Assembly: GCA_965644295.1 (NCBI GenBank)
Contig: CBFFRP010000396.1
Span: forward strand, 1-61,582
Source of the DNA: Paraphysomonas bandaiensis
Lineage: Eukaryota > Protista > Chrysophyceae
DNA length: 61,582 nt
Direction: 5' to 3'
Numbering within the stretch: the first letter of the stretch is position 1; each line of letters begins with the position of its first letter. Shown here piece after piece: positions 1 through 10,845 of this stretch. Under the pieces are notes generated by a model. That model saw nothing but the letters and a program-made list of their open reading frames with translations. It searched no databases and was not told the DNA's origin. The translations under genes and the position numbers were made by a program.

Positions 1-247
1 TACGTTTCTGTCAACTTTTATCCACGCACTCATTTTTCTGTAAAATGTGGAAGGTGCCATTGCTCAGCCCACTTTTACCATAATGGTGTGGAACTATATA
101 AGTGGTGATGATGAGTGACCAGTGGTATGTATGGTGTTGCTGGTGAGTAATAGATCCAGGGAGGTGGGTGTTGAAGGAGGAGCTCTCCTAATAAGCATGG
201 TATCATACATACAGAACATAATAACAGCGAGAACATATCATAGTAGC

Positions 248-1212
248 ATGGAATCAACTACCACGGAATCAACTACCACAGAATCAACTACCACGGAATC
301 AACTACCACGGAATCAACTACCACAGAGGCATTAGAAAAGTCATTGGGGAAACCAAAAATCGTAACTCCTCTGCGTTAGCTCAGTTTGCAAGTACTTGGA
401 GATGCGGTTCGACGGGAAGAAGAGGTATAAGGAACTCATAGACAGTGATATAAATGTAGAACTATTTCAATGTTTCGGTGGCTTTTTGATCGATCACGCC
501 GTCCATGGAACAACGAAGAAGCCTTTGACCCTAGAGTGCTGCTTGGCAGTATTTGTCGAACACGAAGACTGCTATTAAAGCGATTTAAAAGAAATGAGTT
601 ATTAAACGGCTCAGCCAGGCGCAGCAGTACAAAGATGTGAGAGCGGCAGTATCAAAGCATATTATCAAGCAGTGTATCACACAAGGAGTGCGTATATCAG
701 AGAAAACAAGTCCAGTGGGAAAGAACTAATGAAGCCATAGGTGAATACATTATACATCAGGCATCTGATTTCTCGGTAAGTGGACATACCACCATATCTA
801 TGATTTACTGTATGCTAATAAACTTTATTTAGAAGTGAAGAAGTATTCATTGTACAATCTCTATTTGGTTTTCACGTTTGCTGCTGTTGGTCGGGTGTCT
901 GAAGCAATGTTTGCTTCGTATAATGATGCCAATGTGGCACTGCGATGGATACTTAACGTTTGATTGGACAGAATTGAAAGGTGGCTTCTATCAAAACAAT
1001 GAACTTTTCCCGACTACTCTTGTCTAGAGACTTGTGTTTTCTTCGCTTATTCAATGTACTGGATGTCCTGTACTGCAGCAGATCTCAACAGTGACTTCGT
1101 CTTTCCAGATCTAGCATTGACTACATCAAGCGCTAGTCAATTTGTTTCTAAGCTACTAAAACAAATGATCGGGAAGGTACCTGGAGTTACAAAGGAAACA
1201 ACAGGCAAGGGT
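248..1212 (+). pseudogene. Degraded Crypton-like tyrosine recombinase
   Basis: Frameshifted fragments LVFTFAAVGRVSEA (box I Arg), WTELK, FVFPDL, and TTGKGL breaking off where the box II HxLR-equivalent is expected; many stops. Confidence 0.5.
249..325 (+). repeat. 15-bp tandem repeat (ggaatcaactaccac) x5, encoding (ESTTT)n
   Basis: Directly visible; lies at the start of the degraded recombinase-like reading frame. Confidence 0.9.
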
Positions 1213-1498
1213 CTTATCAAATCACTTCATACCATAATATACAGCCCTTCACAGTTCCTCTCCATACAGCCTTATAAACCTCGTCCAGTAACTGCATATC
1301 TCATCTCACAGTTTCATGAAATAAGATGGTAGCAACATGTTATCACCTATCATTCAAGCACTCATTAACGTGTATCTGCTGCATATGGCTGCCTCGTCAT
1401 ATTACTATATACATATACTCGATGCATGTGATATGATGCACTATGCTATGATGCACTCTGCTGATTGGATCACTCGATGGGCGCACTTGCTGTGCGGC

Positions 1499-2142
1499 CT
1501 AGTAATCTGAGTTTGTAAGCTTGTTATATCAGTGTCATTATTAGTAATCTGAGTTTGTAAGCTTGTTATATCTGTATCATTACTTGCTATTTGAGCATTC
1601 AAATTAGAAATTATATTATCAACCGTTTCATTAAATGTATAGTTATAAACTAATCCAGAATCCAACATATTATTTACATCTATTATATCATGTTTAGAAT
1701 TTATATTGTTCTGTAATGTTATATCTTGGGCTTCTAAATTTGCAACATCCGCTTGCAAATTCGGTATATTAATTAAGTCTATATCTTGGAGAGCATCAAG
1801 ACCGTTAAAACTTGCTGTCAATGTATCTAATTGTGATTGTATAGTTTCATTGGTATTTATACCGTCTAATGTTTGTATTTCATTTCCAGTGAGGTTTAAT
1901 AATCTTGTATTCATATCTGACAACATATTATTTTTTGAATCTGTGAAAGCAACTGTTTGGGGTTCATTATTTATGGTTAAGTTATTACCATTCAAGATTT
2001 CAACGTTCGCTGTAAATTTAGCATTGTCCAATCTTGCATATTCCGCCATATTTAATATTACTCTTGCTGTTTCAATCTGTTTATGATTTTCTGCATTAAA
2101 AATAGCGTTATTGCTTGTTTTTGGCTTTGTATAAATTGACAT
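1499..2142 (-). CDS. Viral fiber/coiled-coil-like protein, 3'-truncated
   Basis: N/D/T/I-rich protein with repeated NDTDITSLQTQIT (42-bp unit); the frame runs into unrelated higher-GC DNA below about 1499. Confidence 0.55.
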
Positions 2143-2248
2143 CTATATATATAATATAACAACATTATTATATTCTATAATTAAATTAGACTTCAAGGTT
2201 TTATAGGGTTTTTGTATAAATTTGTTTTCTTTTCTAATTATATATACA

Positions 2249-2506
2249 ATGTTAATCGATGTAATTATTAAGTATAAAAAAAAAAGTGGCCCACTCTGTG
2301 TAGAACTCTTTGAATCATTAGACCATTCTAAATTTACCGCTCGTAGTGTACAATTCTTTAAAGAAATAGACCATTCTAAATTTAACGCTCGTAGTTCTAA
2401 CCCTAATTTGTTTTGGCATGATTATACAATAAATATTAAAGACTTTGAAGAATTTGTCATGCATTTTGAAGATGTGATCGATGAAATTCATGTAAGAATA
2501 ATATAA
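2249..2506 (+). CDS. Small hypothetical viral protein with internal duplication (DHSKFxARS x2)
   Basis: ATG at 2249 preceded by TATATA; duplicated tagaccattctaaattta.cgctcgtagt. Confidence 0.45.
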   Translation: MLIDVIIKYKKKSGPLCVELFESLDHSKFTARSVQFFKEIDHSKFNARSSNPNLFWHDYTINIKDFEEFVMHFEDVIDEIHVRII

Positions 2507-2657
2507 TAAAACTGAGGGTTTTAAAAACAAAATTGGGGGTTTTATTTCTAAAATTAAGGGTTTTTATATAAATCAAGGTTTTTTATATAAAAATTGGGAC
2601 TTTTTTGCTTAAATTCAAGATTTTTATATAATTTTTTTTGGGTTTTATATAAACTGA

Positions 2658-2812
2658 AAATTCTGTTGTACTCGCGAGTCGGCGGCCAGAAATTTGAAAC
2701 AGTGTTTCAAATATCTGTCACCGAGTACAACACACTTTGGTTAACTCTCATCCAATCAATTCTGTTGTACTCGCGAGCGGCCAGAAATTTGATACAGTGT
2801 ATCAAATATCTC
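2658..2812. repeat. Two related palindromic units forming long hairpins
   Basis: tgttgtactcg (2664) pairs with cgagtacaaca (2722); inner palindromes tttgaaaca-g-tgtttcaaa and tttgataca-g-tgtatcaaa. Confidence 0.85.
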
Positions 2813-3056
2813 GATCGGTAGTGTTTTGTGTTGCTGTGTATGTTGTTTGTGTATGTTGTCTGTGAGCTGAGTATATATATACATATATATATATTCATTC
2901 ATAATATTCATTGTCATTGTGTCTATATCATTGTGATATATAACAAGCATGGAAATAAAGGAAATATGATGATGTCATGATGAGTGCATATCAGGTATAT
3001 TGTCTTTGTTTGGTTGTATGTATCGTATTCGTTATATTCATTGTTATGTAGGGTTC

Positions 3057-3563
3057 TTATTCTCTTTCACAAGCATTCGTGAAAACTCCAAAGGCTTTGT
3101 TCGCTCTTTTTATTCTTGCTTGTTTTGCTTCTTCTATTGTATCAAAGTATCCAATGTGGATATTAATGCCGTCTAATTGTATTTGCGCTCTCCATTTCGT
3201 TTTTCTTTTGTCATAATGCACCCCTTTCACGCCGGATGTATTTGCTTTGCTCAACTTTTGGTTATAATTATTCTCTTTGCGCGTTGCCCATCTCAAATTA
3301 TTAATATTGTTGTCTGATGTGTTATTATTTATATGATCTACACAAGGTTTATTTTCTGGATTTAGTATAAAAGCCAATGCAGTTAACCTATGGACCATAA
3401 CTGTTTTTTTCTTTCTATTTAAACGTAAGTTCAATCTGTAATAACCATGTCTGTCTAATCTAGGTTTCAATATCTTATCTGTCTTATTATTCTTTACATT
3501 TCCTTTGTTTGATACACTATAATTATTGTTGTAGCCTTCAATCACTTTCCATTCTTCAATCAT
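3057..3563 (-). CDS. NUMOD4-HNH-AP2 homing endonuclease
   Basis: EEWKVIEGY..YSVSNKGNVK (NUMOD4), VHRL..AFI..VDHINN...N..NNLRWAT (HNH_3), SGVKGV..KWRAQI..IGYFDTIEEA (AP2). Confidence 0.93.
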   Translation of the reverse strand: MIEEWKVIEGYNNNYSVSNKGNVKNNKTDKILKPRLDRHGYYRLNLRLNRKKKTVMVHRLTALAFILNPENKPCVDHINNNTSDNNINNLRWATRKENNYNQKLSKANTSGVKGVHYDKRKTKWRAQIQLDGINIHIGYFDTIEEAKQARIKRANKAFGVFTNACERE

Positions 3564-3592
3564 AGTAATAATATATATATAATAATTTCTTT

Positions 3593-3756
3593 TTAAACCA
3601 TTTTATATATATTTTCAATCTGTTTATGATTTTCTGCATTGAAAATGGCATTATTGCTTGTTTTGGGCTTTGTATAAATTGACATCTATATATAATATAG
3701 CATTACATTATTATATTCTATATTTAAATTAGAATTCAAGGTTTTATGAGTTTTTG
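3593..3756 (-). repeat. Second copy of fiber-gene promoter plus first 24 codons (direct repeat of 2070-2215); forms a 30-aa stub ORF at 3593-3685
   Basis: Translates MSIYTKPKTSNNAIFNAENHKQIE-NIYKMV*; first 24 aa identical to the ORF starting at 2142. Confidence 0.92.
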
Positions 3757-3766
3757 CTTAAAGCTT

Positions 3767-4250
3767 CGCCATTATATCACTACAACTACATTCCAGAGCT
3801 TTAAGCATATTCGCCATTATATCACTACAACTACATTCCAGAGCTTTAAGCATTGCCATTATACATTATTATAAAAAAGTCATATAGATAACAAAGTAGA
3901 TTTAATAAGTAGTTTTAATGGTAGAATCCCGGGGTTTTACAACCTTTACAAATTTAAATTATTTTTCATTTTAATTTTTCCCTCCCCCTATATCTACTAT
4001 TAAATCTACTTATTAAATCTACTTTACTATCTATATTACTTTTTATTATAAACATTATAAATAATATATAAAGTTATTAATTTTATTTAAGAATATAAAT
4101 AATATATAAAGTAATTAAAAGTTATTAATAATATATAAAGTAATTAAAAGTTATTAATAATAAGTTATAAGTTAAACTCACAAAGAGAAGGAATTACAAC
4201 CGAAGGTTGTAATTGGAAACACTCGAAGAGAAGAGGCCCCTTGAGGGGCA
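3767..4250. repeat. Repeat/hairpin-rich noncoding region (tandem ~45-mer, ~42-bp inverted repeat, GAA-loop hairpin)
   Basis: cgccattatatcactacaactacattccagagctttaagcat x2; arms 3871-3912 and 4006-4047; aattacaacc-gaa-ggttgtaatt at 4192-4214. Confidence 0.85.
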
Positions 4251-4538
4251 TGTGGGGTAGAAAAAGGCTTGTCCTTGTCCTCTCCTCCCCGTTTTTTTTT
4301 TAATGTGATGTAGTTTTGGGTTTTGGTGATATATGATAAAACTATTACACCCTTACTCCAGCAGGACAGCTTCCATAATATATCTCATGCTTATTTTGCC
4401 CTCAACAATAACCATTCGGATGTCGAACCTTTATATCATTAAAATTTACAATGTATATCATATTGAAAGACTATTTTATTAAAAATTTACGTACAAATAT
4501 ACACATAGTCAATACTACTTCAATGCACACATATTTAA

Positions 4539-5300
4539 TTATCCATACACAACATCTGTACGAAGTAAATACTTTGTACCAGAAATAACTGCCGCCCCCT
4601 CATGTGTGAGACACCTGTCTCCATGTCCATGCAGCAATAATCTCCCTTGATGTGGAGACACTTTTACCTGTACAGGCGCATCTCTATTATGGTTCGCGTA
4701 AAACAGAGTTTCTCCACCTGCAATATGGCGATCTTCTGAGAGTGAAATAAGACTAGAACAACAAATAGTAGAATCTAAACCATTCAAGTAGATCAATAAC
4801 GTGTATTTGGTTACACCATGAACGCCTTCTTCGCTAACATACGAATGAGACTCATCGATATGTTTTCCGAATCTTTGTCCACAATCGTATCTATACAGTC
4901 TAATATTGCTACTACAGCATAGCGGAGTCAGTCCGTCCACCTCCTGTGGAAGAAGAGGAGCCAGCCGTTGATATATCTTATCAGCAATATCCACTCGGCA
5001 GAGCTGAATGCGTCCGTTGTCTCTATGCGCATACTCCATTGACTCCTCCTGAGAGTAATACTCAAACCCCTTGCTATCACCATATGTTATCCATGCAGAG
5101 CATTCCTCAGGTAATAAAAAGTCATCCACTATATGCAAGAAGCTTCCAAGATCACGCCTGCTGAGCACATGATTGATCACTCCACTGCTCTGCACTCTCT
5201 TAAAGGGAGATATGGGCCTCAAGCGAGAGTGAGTAAACTGCACCTGTGCACCATTAGCAGCTTGTTTCGAGGTGTTCTTACTCTTCTTCTTAGGCGGCAT
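4539..5300 (-). CDS. 2OG-Fe(II) oxygenase, prolyl 4-hydroxylase-like
   Basis: RLYRY..GQRFGKHID (HxD), TLLIYLN, GGETLF, HEG, KYLLRTDV. Confidence 0.9.
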   Translation of the reverse strand: MPPKKKSKNTSKQAANGAQVQFTHSRLRPISPFKRVQSSGVINHVLSRRDLGSFLHIVDDFLLPEECSAWITYGDSKGFEYYSQEESMEYAHRDNGRIQLCRVDIADKIYQRLAPLLPQEVDGLTPLCCSSNIRLYRYDCGQRFGKHIDESHSYVSEEGVHGVTKYTLLIYLNGLDSTICCSSLISLSEDRHIAGGETLFYANHNRDAPVQVKVSPHQGRLLLHGHGDRCLTHEGAAVISGTKYLLRTDVVYG

Positions 5301-5386
5301 GCTCTAAGCCTTTGATACTCTTGATATTGACTCCCTCCACTCTTATCACCCCCCACGACCTACCTACAATAATATCTATATACCGG

Positions 5387-5715
5387 TACATACATACATA
5401 CATACATACATACATACATACATACATACATACATACATACATACATACATACATACATACATACATACATACATACATACATACATACATACATACATA
5501 CATACATACATACATACATACATACATACATACATACATACATACATACATACATACATACATACATACATACATACATACATACATACATACATACCTA
5601 CATACATACATACATACATACATACATACATACATACATACATACATACATACATACATACCTACCTACCTACCTACCTACATACCTACATACATACATA
5701 CATCCATACATACAA
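5387..5715. repeat. (TACA)n microsatellite
   Basis: Directly visible, about 90 bp upstream of the oxygenase start. Confidence 0.98.
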
Positions 5716-5888
5716 ACAGACACCTCTGTATCCAAATGTACTGCTGTACTATAGACAGAGGAAGACAGAAACAAGTCAAGGAGTTGTGTTCGCTAACGTA
5801 TCTCAATCGTGTAGAGGAGGGGCGAAGCAACTTGAGGAGGAATTATATACATATATTATTTTAGTAGCAATTTCTTAAGTGCTGAAGT

Positions 5889-6900
5889 ATGCTCAATGCC
5901 GTTAGAACTGTATTCGAGAAGAAGAAAACTGCGACATTGAAACTCAAAAGTTTACACGCAGAGTGTGATCGTTGCGTGGATAAGTCCGGAGATATCTCTC
6001 CTACATCAGTTTGGGAAGATCATGGTACAAAGTTTGAAGATTTAGATCAAAAATTACGCGAGAGATCTTCAAAACCTCACTTTTGGAAATAGTTATCCTG
6101 GTTGACTGCTGAATGAATAGTGATCGGTTTCATGCAGCAGGGATACACTTTAGGAGAAGTGGATCTAGTAGTATTTTTATCCGAACGTTGTATAATAGAT
6201 ATCGACCTCGTGTATAACGTAGCATAGTCTATATGCGTATATGCATCGACGTAGGTGTTCCTTAACAGGTTGTGATCGTATTATTATTATTTTAATTTAA
6301 TAATATATATCAATGATATCGCTACATTCTCTTTTTCTATGCTTGCAGCATAGTGGACTAGACGGTTAACTTTGTTCGCTGTGAACTCAGTAAAATTAGA
6401 TTGCTGTTTGCTGTGAACATTATATCTATAGCTTGTTGTGTATAGAAAAGTAGAATATATAAAACGTAGAAATTTGAGTATAGGGCTGCAAAAAATATGT
6501 GCCTACTCTTTCAGGAAAGATGCTGCAACGGCAGTAGCCAATTGCCCTGGTGATTCAAGTGTGATTAATATATGGCTGCGAGCGACTCAGAATCGATACA
6601 GGAGCAGGTGGTATCAATTAGTTCCTAGGGAAGATACAGGCATGTCATGTAGTGATCCCGATTTTTTTTCTTTTACCTCACTTCGATGACAGTAATATTC
6701 CACTTCTACCAGTTGAAGAGTGAGAAGACTTTCTGCAAGGCTGCATAGCGTTCTATCCCTAAGAAAGAGAGGGGTTTTCCATACCATCATGACTGGCTAT
6801 TCGAAACGCTATAACTAAATCATCCTTCCTTTTTCGAAGGGTTTGGACAAGTGGTAGTCTACAATATCTACTCCCAAAGGTATTTACTGGTGTCTTTTGT
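5889..6900 (+). pseudogene. Degraded CryptonS-like tyrosine recombinase
   Basis: YSFRKDAATAVANCPG.SSVINIWLRA...QNRY followed by frameshifted GAGG-xQLV resembles the Crypton HSxRKGAAT...LRAGW...QDRY...GDQ motif. Confidence 0.65.
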
Positions 6901-8121
6901 AATGAGGTTTCAGAAATGAGTGCTGCTCCACTCCGAGAGCGCGCCCTAGTAAAAAAATGCTAGTCTCGATTAAACATTAAGCTTAGTAACGTATAGCTTT
7001 TAAATTTTAATATAATTCTTTGTCTGTCGGCACCAAGCAAGCCCCAGCTACATGTACACTATACTTGCAGTAGTGAATGTCTGATAATTAGCAATAGGCG
7101 TGTATGAGTCAGATCTAATATAGCAAAACATTTAAAATAACTATTGCTTACCTCTGATGTCCTACTTTTTAACCTCTGCACTGAAAGTTACTTGTGCGTC
7201 ATCGCAAGCACCAAGGCGCAGCCACTTTCGCTCTATCGCTCAAAGCAAACGCGGTGAGCAAGCAGAATGTGGATATACCTGACTTCTGCTGTCTTCAGGA
7301 TTGTGAGGACCCTATACATACATAGTCCATATGAGATTACGCATTCTAGGGGAGGAGGGCGGACAATATCACGCTAGGCATGCATGGTCACGAGAAGCTT
7401 CGCGTAATCTTGTTGGGTGATGGGAAGGTAAACATGGCCCTACTATCTACTATTATCTGCGTTCATTCCTATGTGATTCTAGCAAAGCGTTGCTGAAAGC
7501 GAGTGTAGGAAACCTGAAACCTGTCTACGGATATGGAAAGTCTTATTATTAGCAGTAGGCGTGAAGAACCAACACTAGACAAGTAGTTAGATGAAGACTA
7601 GTCAAGCTAGATCGCCACTTTATTATGTAGCGCTACAGAAGCTGCTTGTGCGTCGCCGCAAGCACCAAGGAGCAACAACTTCCGTGCCTTATGAAAGGGA
7701 TGAATGCTACATACAAGAGTCATGATGTAAGAAAATGTTAGTATGCTACACTTCCGGAGTCATGATGTAAGAAAATGTTAGACAAGTTACTGTTAATGGC
7801 GCAGTTCCTGTAACTAGTACCAACCTTGATAAGTTGATCCACACTCTACATGATACTGTTCTAAAAGAAAAAAGCAGATATCATTTCACTTCACGGCACT
7901 ATTGATAGTTTATTGTAACATATGACGAGATGCAGTATGCGATACTAACACACCTCAACTTAGAAGACCACTTCACAACAGTGTACCCAATAACAAACAT
8001 ACTACCATTCTGTTCGACCACGTTACGTAAAAGCGGGCCTTCTATATATAACTTTTTGCCGTAGAGGTTGTGCTATGGGCTAATAATAGCATGCCTAGAT
8101 GTTAATAGAGTACGTATAGGT

Positions 8122-8617
8122 ATACATACATACATACATACATACATACATACATACATACATACATACATACATACATACATACATACATACATACATA
8201 CATACATACATACATACATACATACATACATACATACATACATACATACATACATACATACATACATACATACATACATACATACATACACACATACATA
8301 CATACATACATACATACATACATACATACATACATACATACATACATACATACATACATACATACATACATACATACATACATACATACATACATACATA
8401 CATACATACATACATACATACATACATACATACATACATACATACATACATACATACATACATACATACATACATACATACATACATACATACATACATA
8501 CATACATACATACATACATACATACATACATACATACATACATACATACATACATACATACATACATACATACATACATACATACATACATACATACATA
8601 CATACATACATACATAC
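8122..8617. repeat. (TACA)n microsatellite
   Basis: Directly visible, about 85 bp upstream of the carrier start. Confidence 0.98.
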
Positions 8618-8700
8618 AGTGCCTATAGCAGTGACCACATGCACACATCTTGCTCTGTCTTCGTCCAATTCACTCCTGATCGTACATAAATATAACTATA

Positions 8701-9584
8701 ATGGGAGGTGATAACTTCCAAAAGCTGTCCCCTGTAGAGAACACAGTGGTTGGTGTGTGTATCGGTGTTATTGAGGTTACTCTCATGCAGCCCACTCTGT
8801 ACCTTAAGAACGCCGCCCAGCAGAACCTTCCTTTCACCATAGACCCGAGGAAGCTATACAGGGGTCTCGCAGTGTCTATTGGAAACATGTCTGTGTTGAC
8901 AGGGCTTCAGTTTCCTCTTACAGGAATAGTTACTAATGTTATCACTGGAGGACAAAACAGGAAACTGAGTGCCTCAGAACAGATCTCTTCGGGGTTTGCT
9001 GGAGGTGCTTTATCCGGATTTGCGTGTGCTCCCATGGAATTGGTTCTTATTCAACAGCAGAGATTCGGTGGATCTTTGCTATCTACGCCTCATAGAATAG
9101 TAACATCATTTGGACCAATGACTATGTTTCGAGGGCTGTTAACAGCATGTGGTAGAGAGGGAGTATTCACAGCTGGGTATATGGGTGTCGGACCTGTAAT
9201 TTCGAATTATATGGAACATGAACGTAATATGTCTAATATGAACGCAAAGGCTGTTGGTGCCGTTGTTGCTGGAGTGTTGGCGTCAACTCTATCTCACCCT
9301 ATGGTTTGAAAAAAAAAGTGATATGTACTTACTATTTTTCACTGCGTTTTATCCTGCAGGATACAATCAAGTCGTGCATGCAAGGTGATCTTGAGAGGAA
9401 AACATATACTTCCCTCGTCAGTACCACGCGATTGCTACTTGCTGAAGGTGGACCACGTCGCTTTTTCTCTGGTTGGAGCTTTAGGACGGGAAGGATGATA
9501 GCTGGAGTGTTCATTATGAATGAATGCAAAAATAGAATTGCACCACTTTTATTTCCTCATCACTTTGAATCTTGTCTTCTGTAA
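8701..9584 (+). CDS. Mitochondrial carrier (SLC25) protein, one intron (about 9304-9359)
   Basis: Three carrier repeats QPTLYLK, APMELVL, HPM|DTIK; GT-AG intron. Confidence 0.92.
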
Positions 9585-9949
9585 CTCGTTCATGAATTGC
9601 CATTGCGAATAGTGAGTGATAGAAAAGAGTGGTGCTTAGCTCGCTGCTATCTAATATCTAACAAGCACTCTTTTTTATATGGTATATTTTGTATATAAGG
9701 CTAGAAGTTTATTGCTAGAAGAGTAGAGTGTATACAGTGAATAATACATAGATTCTAATTTGGACTTGCTTTGTTGCACACAAAGCTTACCGCTCTACTC
9801 TGCAGTATGCAGAACATACGAACATACTACCAATTTCCAAAGATGAATTGCTCTGACCTCTGACTAGTCAAAAGAATTATGTAGCATCTAGTATCCATCT
9901 CTTTCCTTCACAATTGTTTATCATATGTTTACTAGAGTACATTGTATTT

Positions 9950-10845
9950 ATATCAGTGACATATTTATCAGTGACATAAGTCTTGCTCGCTTCCGCTGCC
10001 TGCTACCATCAAACAAACGTTGCGCTGCGTCGTCATTCGGAGCTAGACTCGCACCGTCATAATCTTCTTCTTCCTCATCGAACAAATATATTTTAGTTTG
10101 ATCCTTTGCCGTCCGAGTTACGGCTTCGTTGCCACATTGAATCTTCACGACTGCCTTTTCGAAAACAGCGTTAAAAATAATAGCAGCACTGTCGCCCAGA
10201 TGACGCTCAACAATCGGGTGCATTATGAAGGGTTCGTCAATCAATGTGCAAACGCCGTGGAAGTCAAGCTGGTGTTAACTTTACTTCTGTAATTGTACTA
10301 CACTTATTTTTATAATACAGGGCATAATATACATGTATATACTCTGTATATAGGTGGATAGTCCTACAATTAGACTTTTAACACATCGGAACCAAACTCG
10401 AAAGATCGCATATGATTAGATAGAAGCAAGTAGCGGTCAATCACGGAAAATGTGGAGCCCCTTTTCCTGCAGGACAAATCTCTATTGCAGCCTCTTCGTT
10501 ATTATTATCATCATTTATTTACTTTCTCAAAGAACACTCGTGCAATGACTTCTGGTGCCAATTTGTCGCTCCTATCGCTAATTAATTAAATGAATTACTA
10601 TGTGAGATAATCCTATGGATATTATAGTCTTTCACCAATCTTCGATTTTTATCCTAAAAATTGGATTTTTTTACTAAAAATGCCGTTTTTTAACAACTCT
10701 TCAGCATAAAAAGGTGGGTTTTTTAATATCAATTAATTGAAGCTAGCTGGAGTCAATTATAATTGCAATTATGAATCGATGTCCCAATTTCAACAATTGC
10801 AATTTCAATAATTGACAATTAATTGCAATTAATTGACGCTGGTTG
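9950..10845 (-). mobile_element. Degraded hAT transposon remnant
   Basis: AAIIFNAVFEKAVVKIQCGNE resembles stramenopile hAT transposases; repeated caattaattgcaatt subterminal-like motifs at 10730-10840. Confidence 0.5.

Larger units (their letters stand above)
1499..4330. mobile_element. Endogenous virus-like fragment (Polinton-like virus/virophage/NCLDV type; class undetermined)
   Basis: Abrupt shift to very high AT; intronless ORFs each preceded by TATATA; fiber-like gene and HNH-AP2 endonuclease; dense direct and inverted repeats. No capsid, polymerase or ATPase gene present; boundaries approximate. Confidence 0.65.

Noticed and set aside
249-325. Short repeat arrays here and at 2658-2812 and 3767-3855 as CRISPR-like
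   Set aside because: No unique spacers of regular length, too few units, no cas genes, eukaryotic context
1213-1498. Possible LTR fragment between the Crypton relic and the viral gene
   Set aside because: No second copy, termini or TSD visible; left unannotated
1441-1498. C-terminus RPHSKCAHRVIQSAECIIA of the fiber ORF
   Set aside because: Read-through into unrelated flanking DNA after truncation
5290-8668. Long MYVC/YIHT-repeat ORFs
   Set aside because: Translation artefacts of (TACA)n microsatellites
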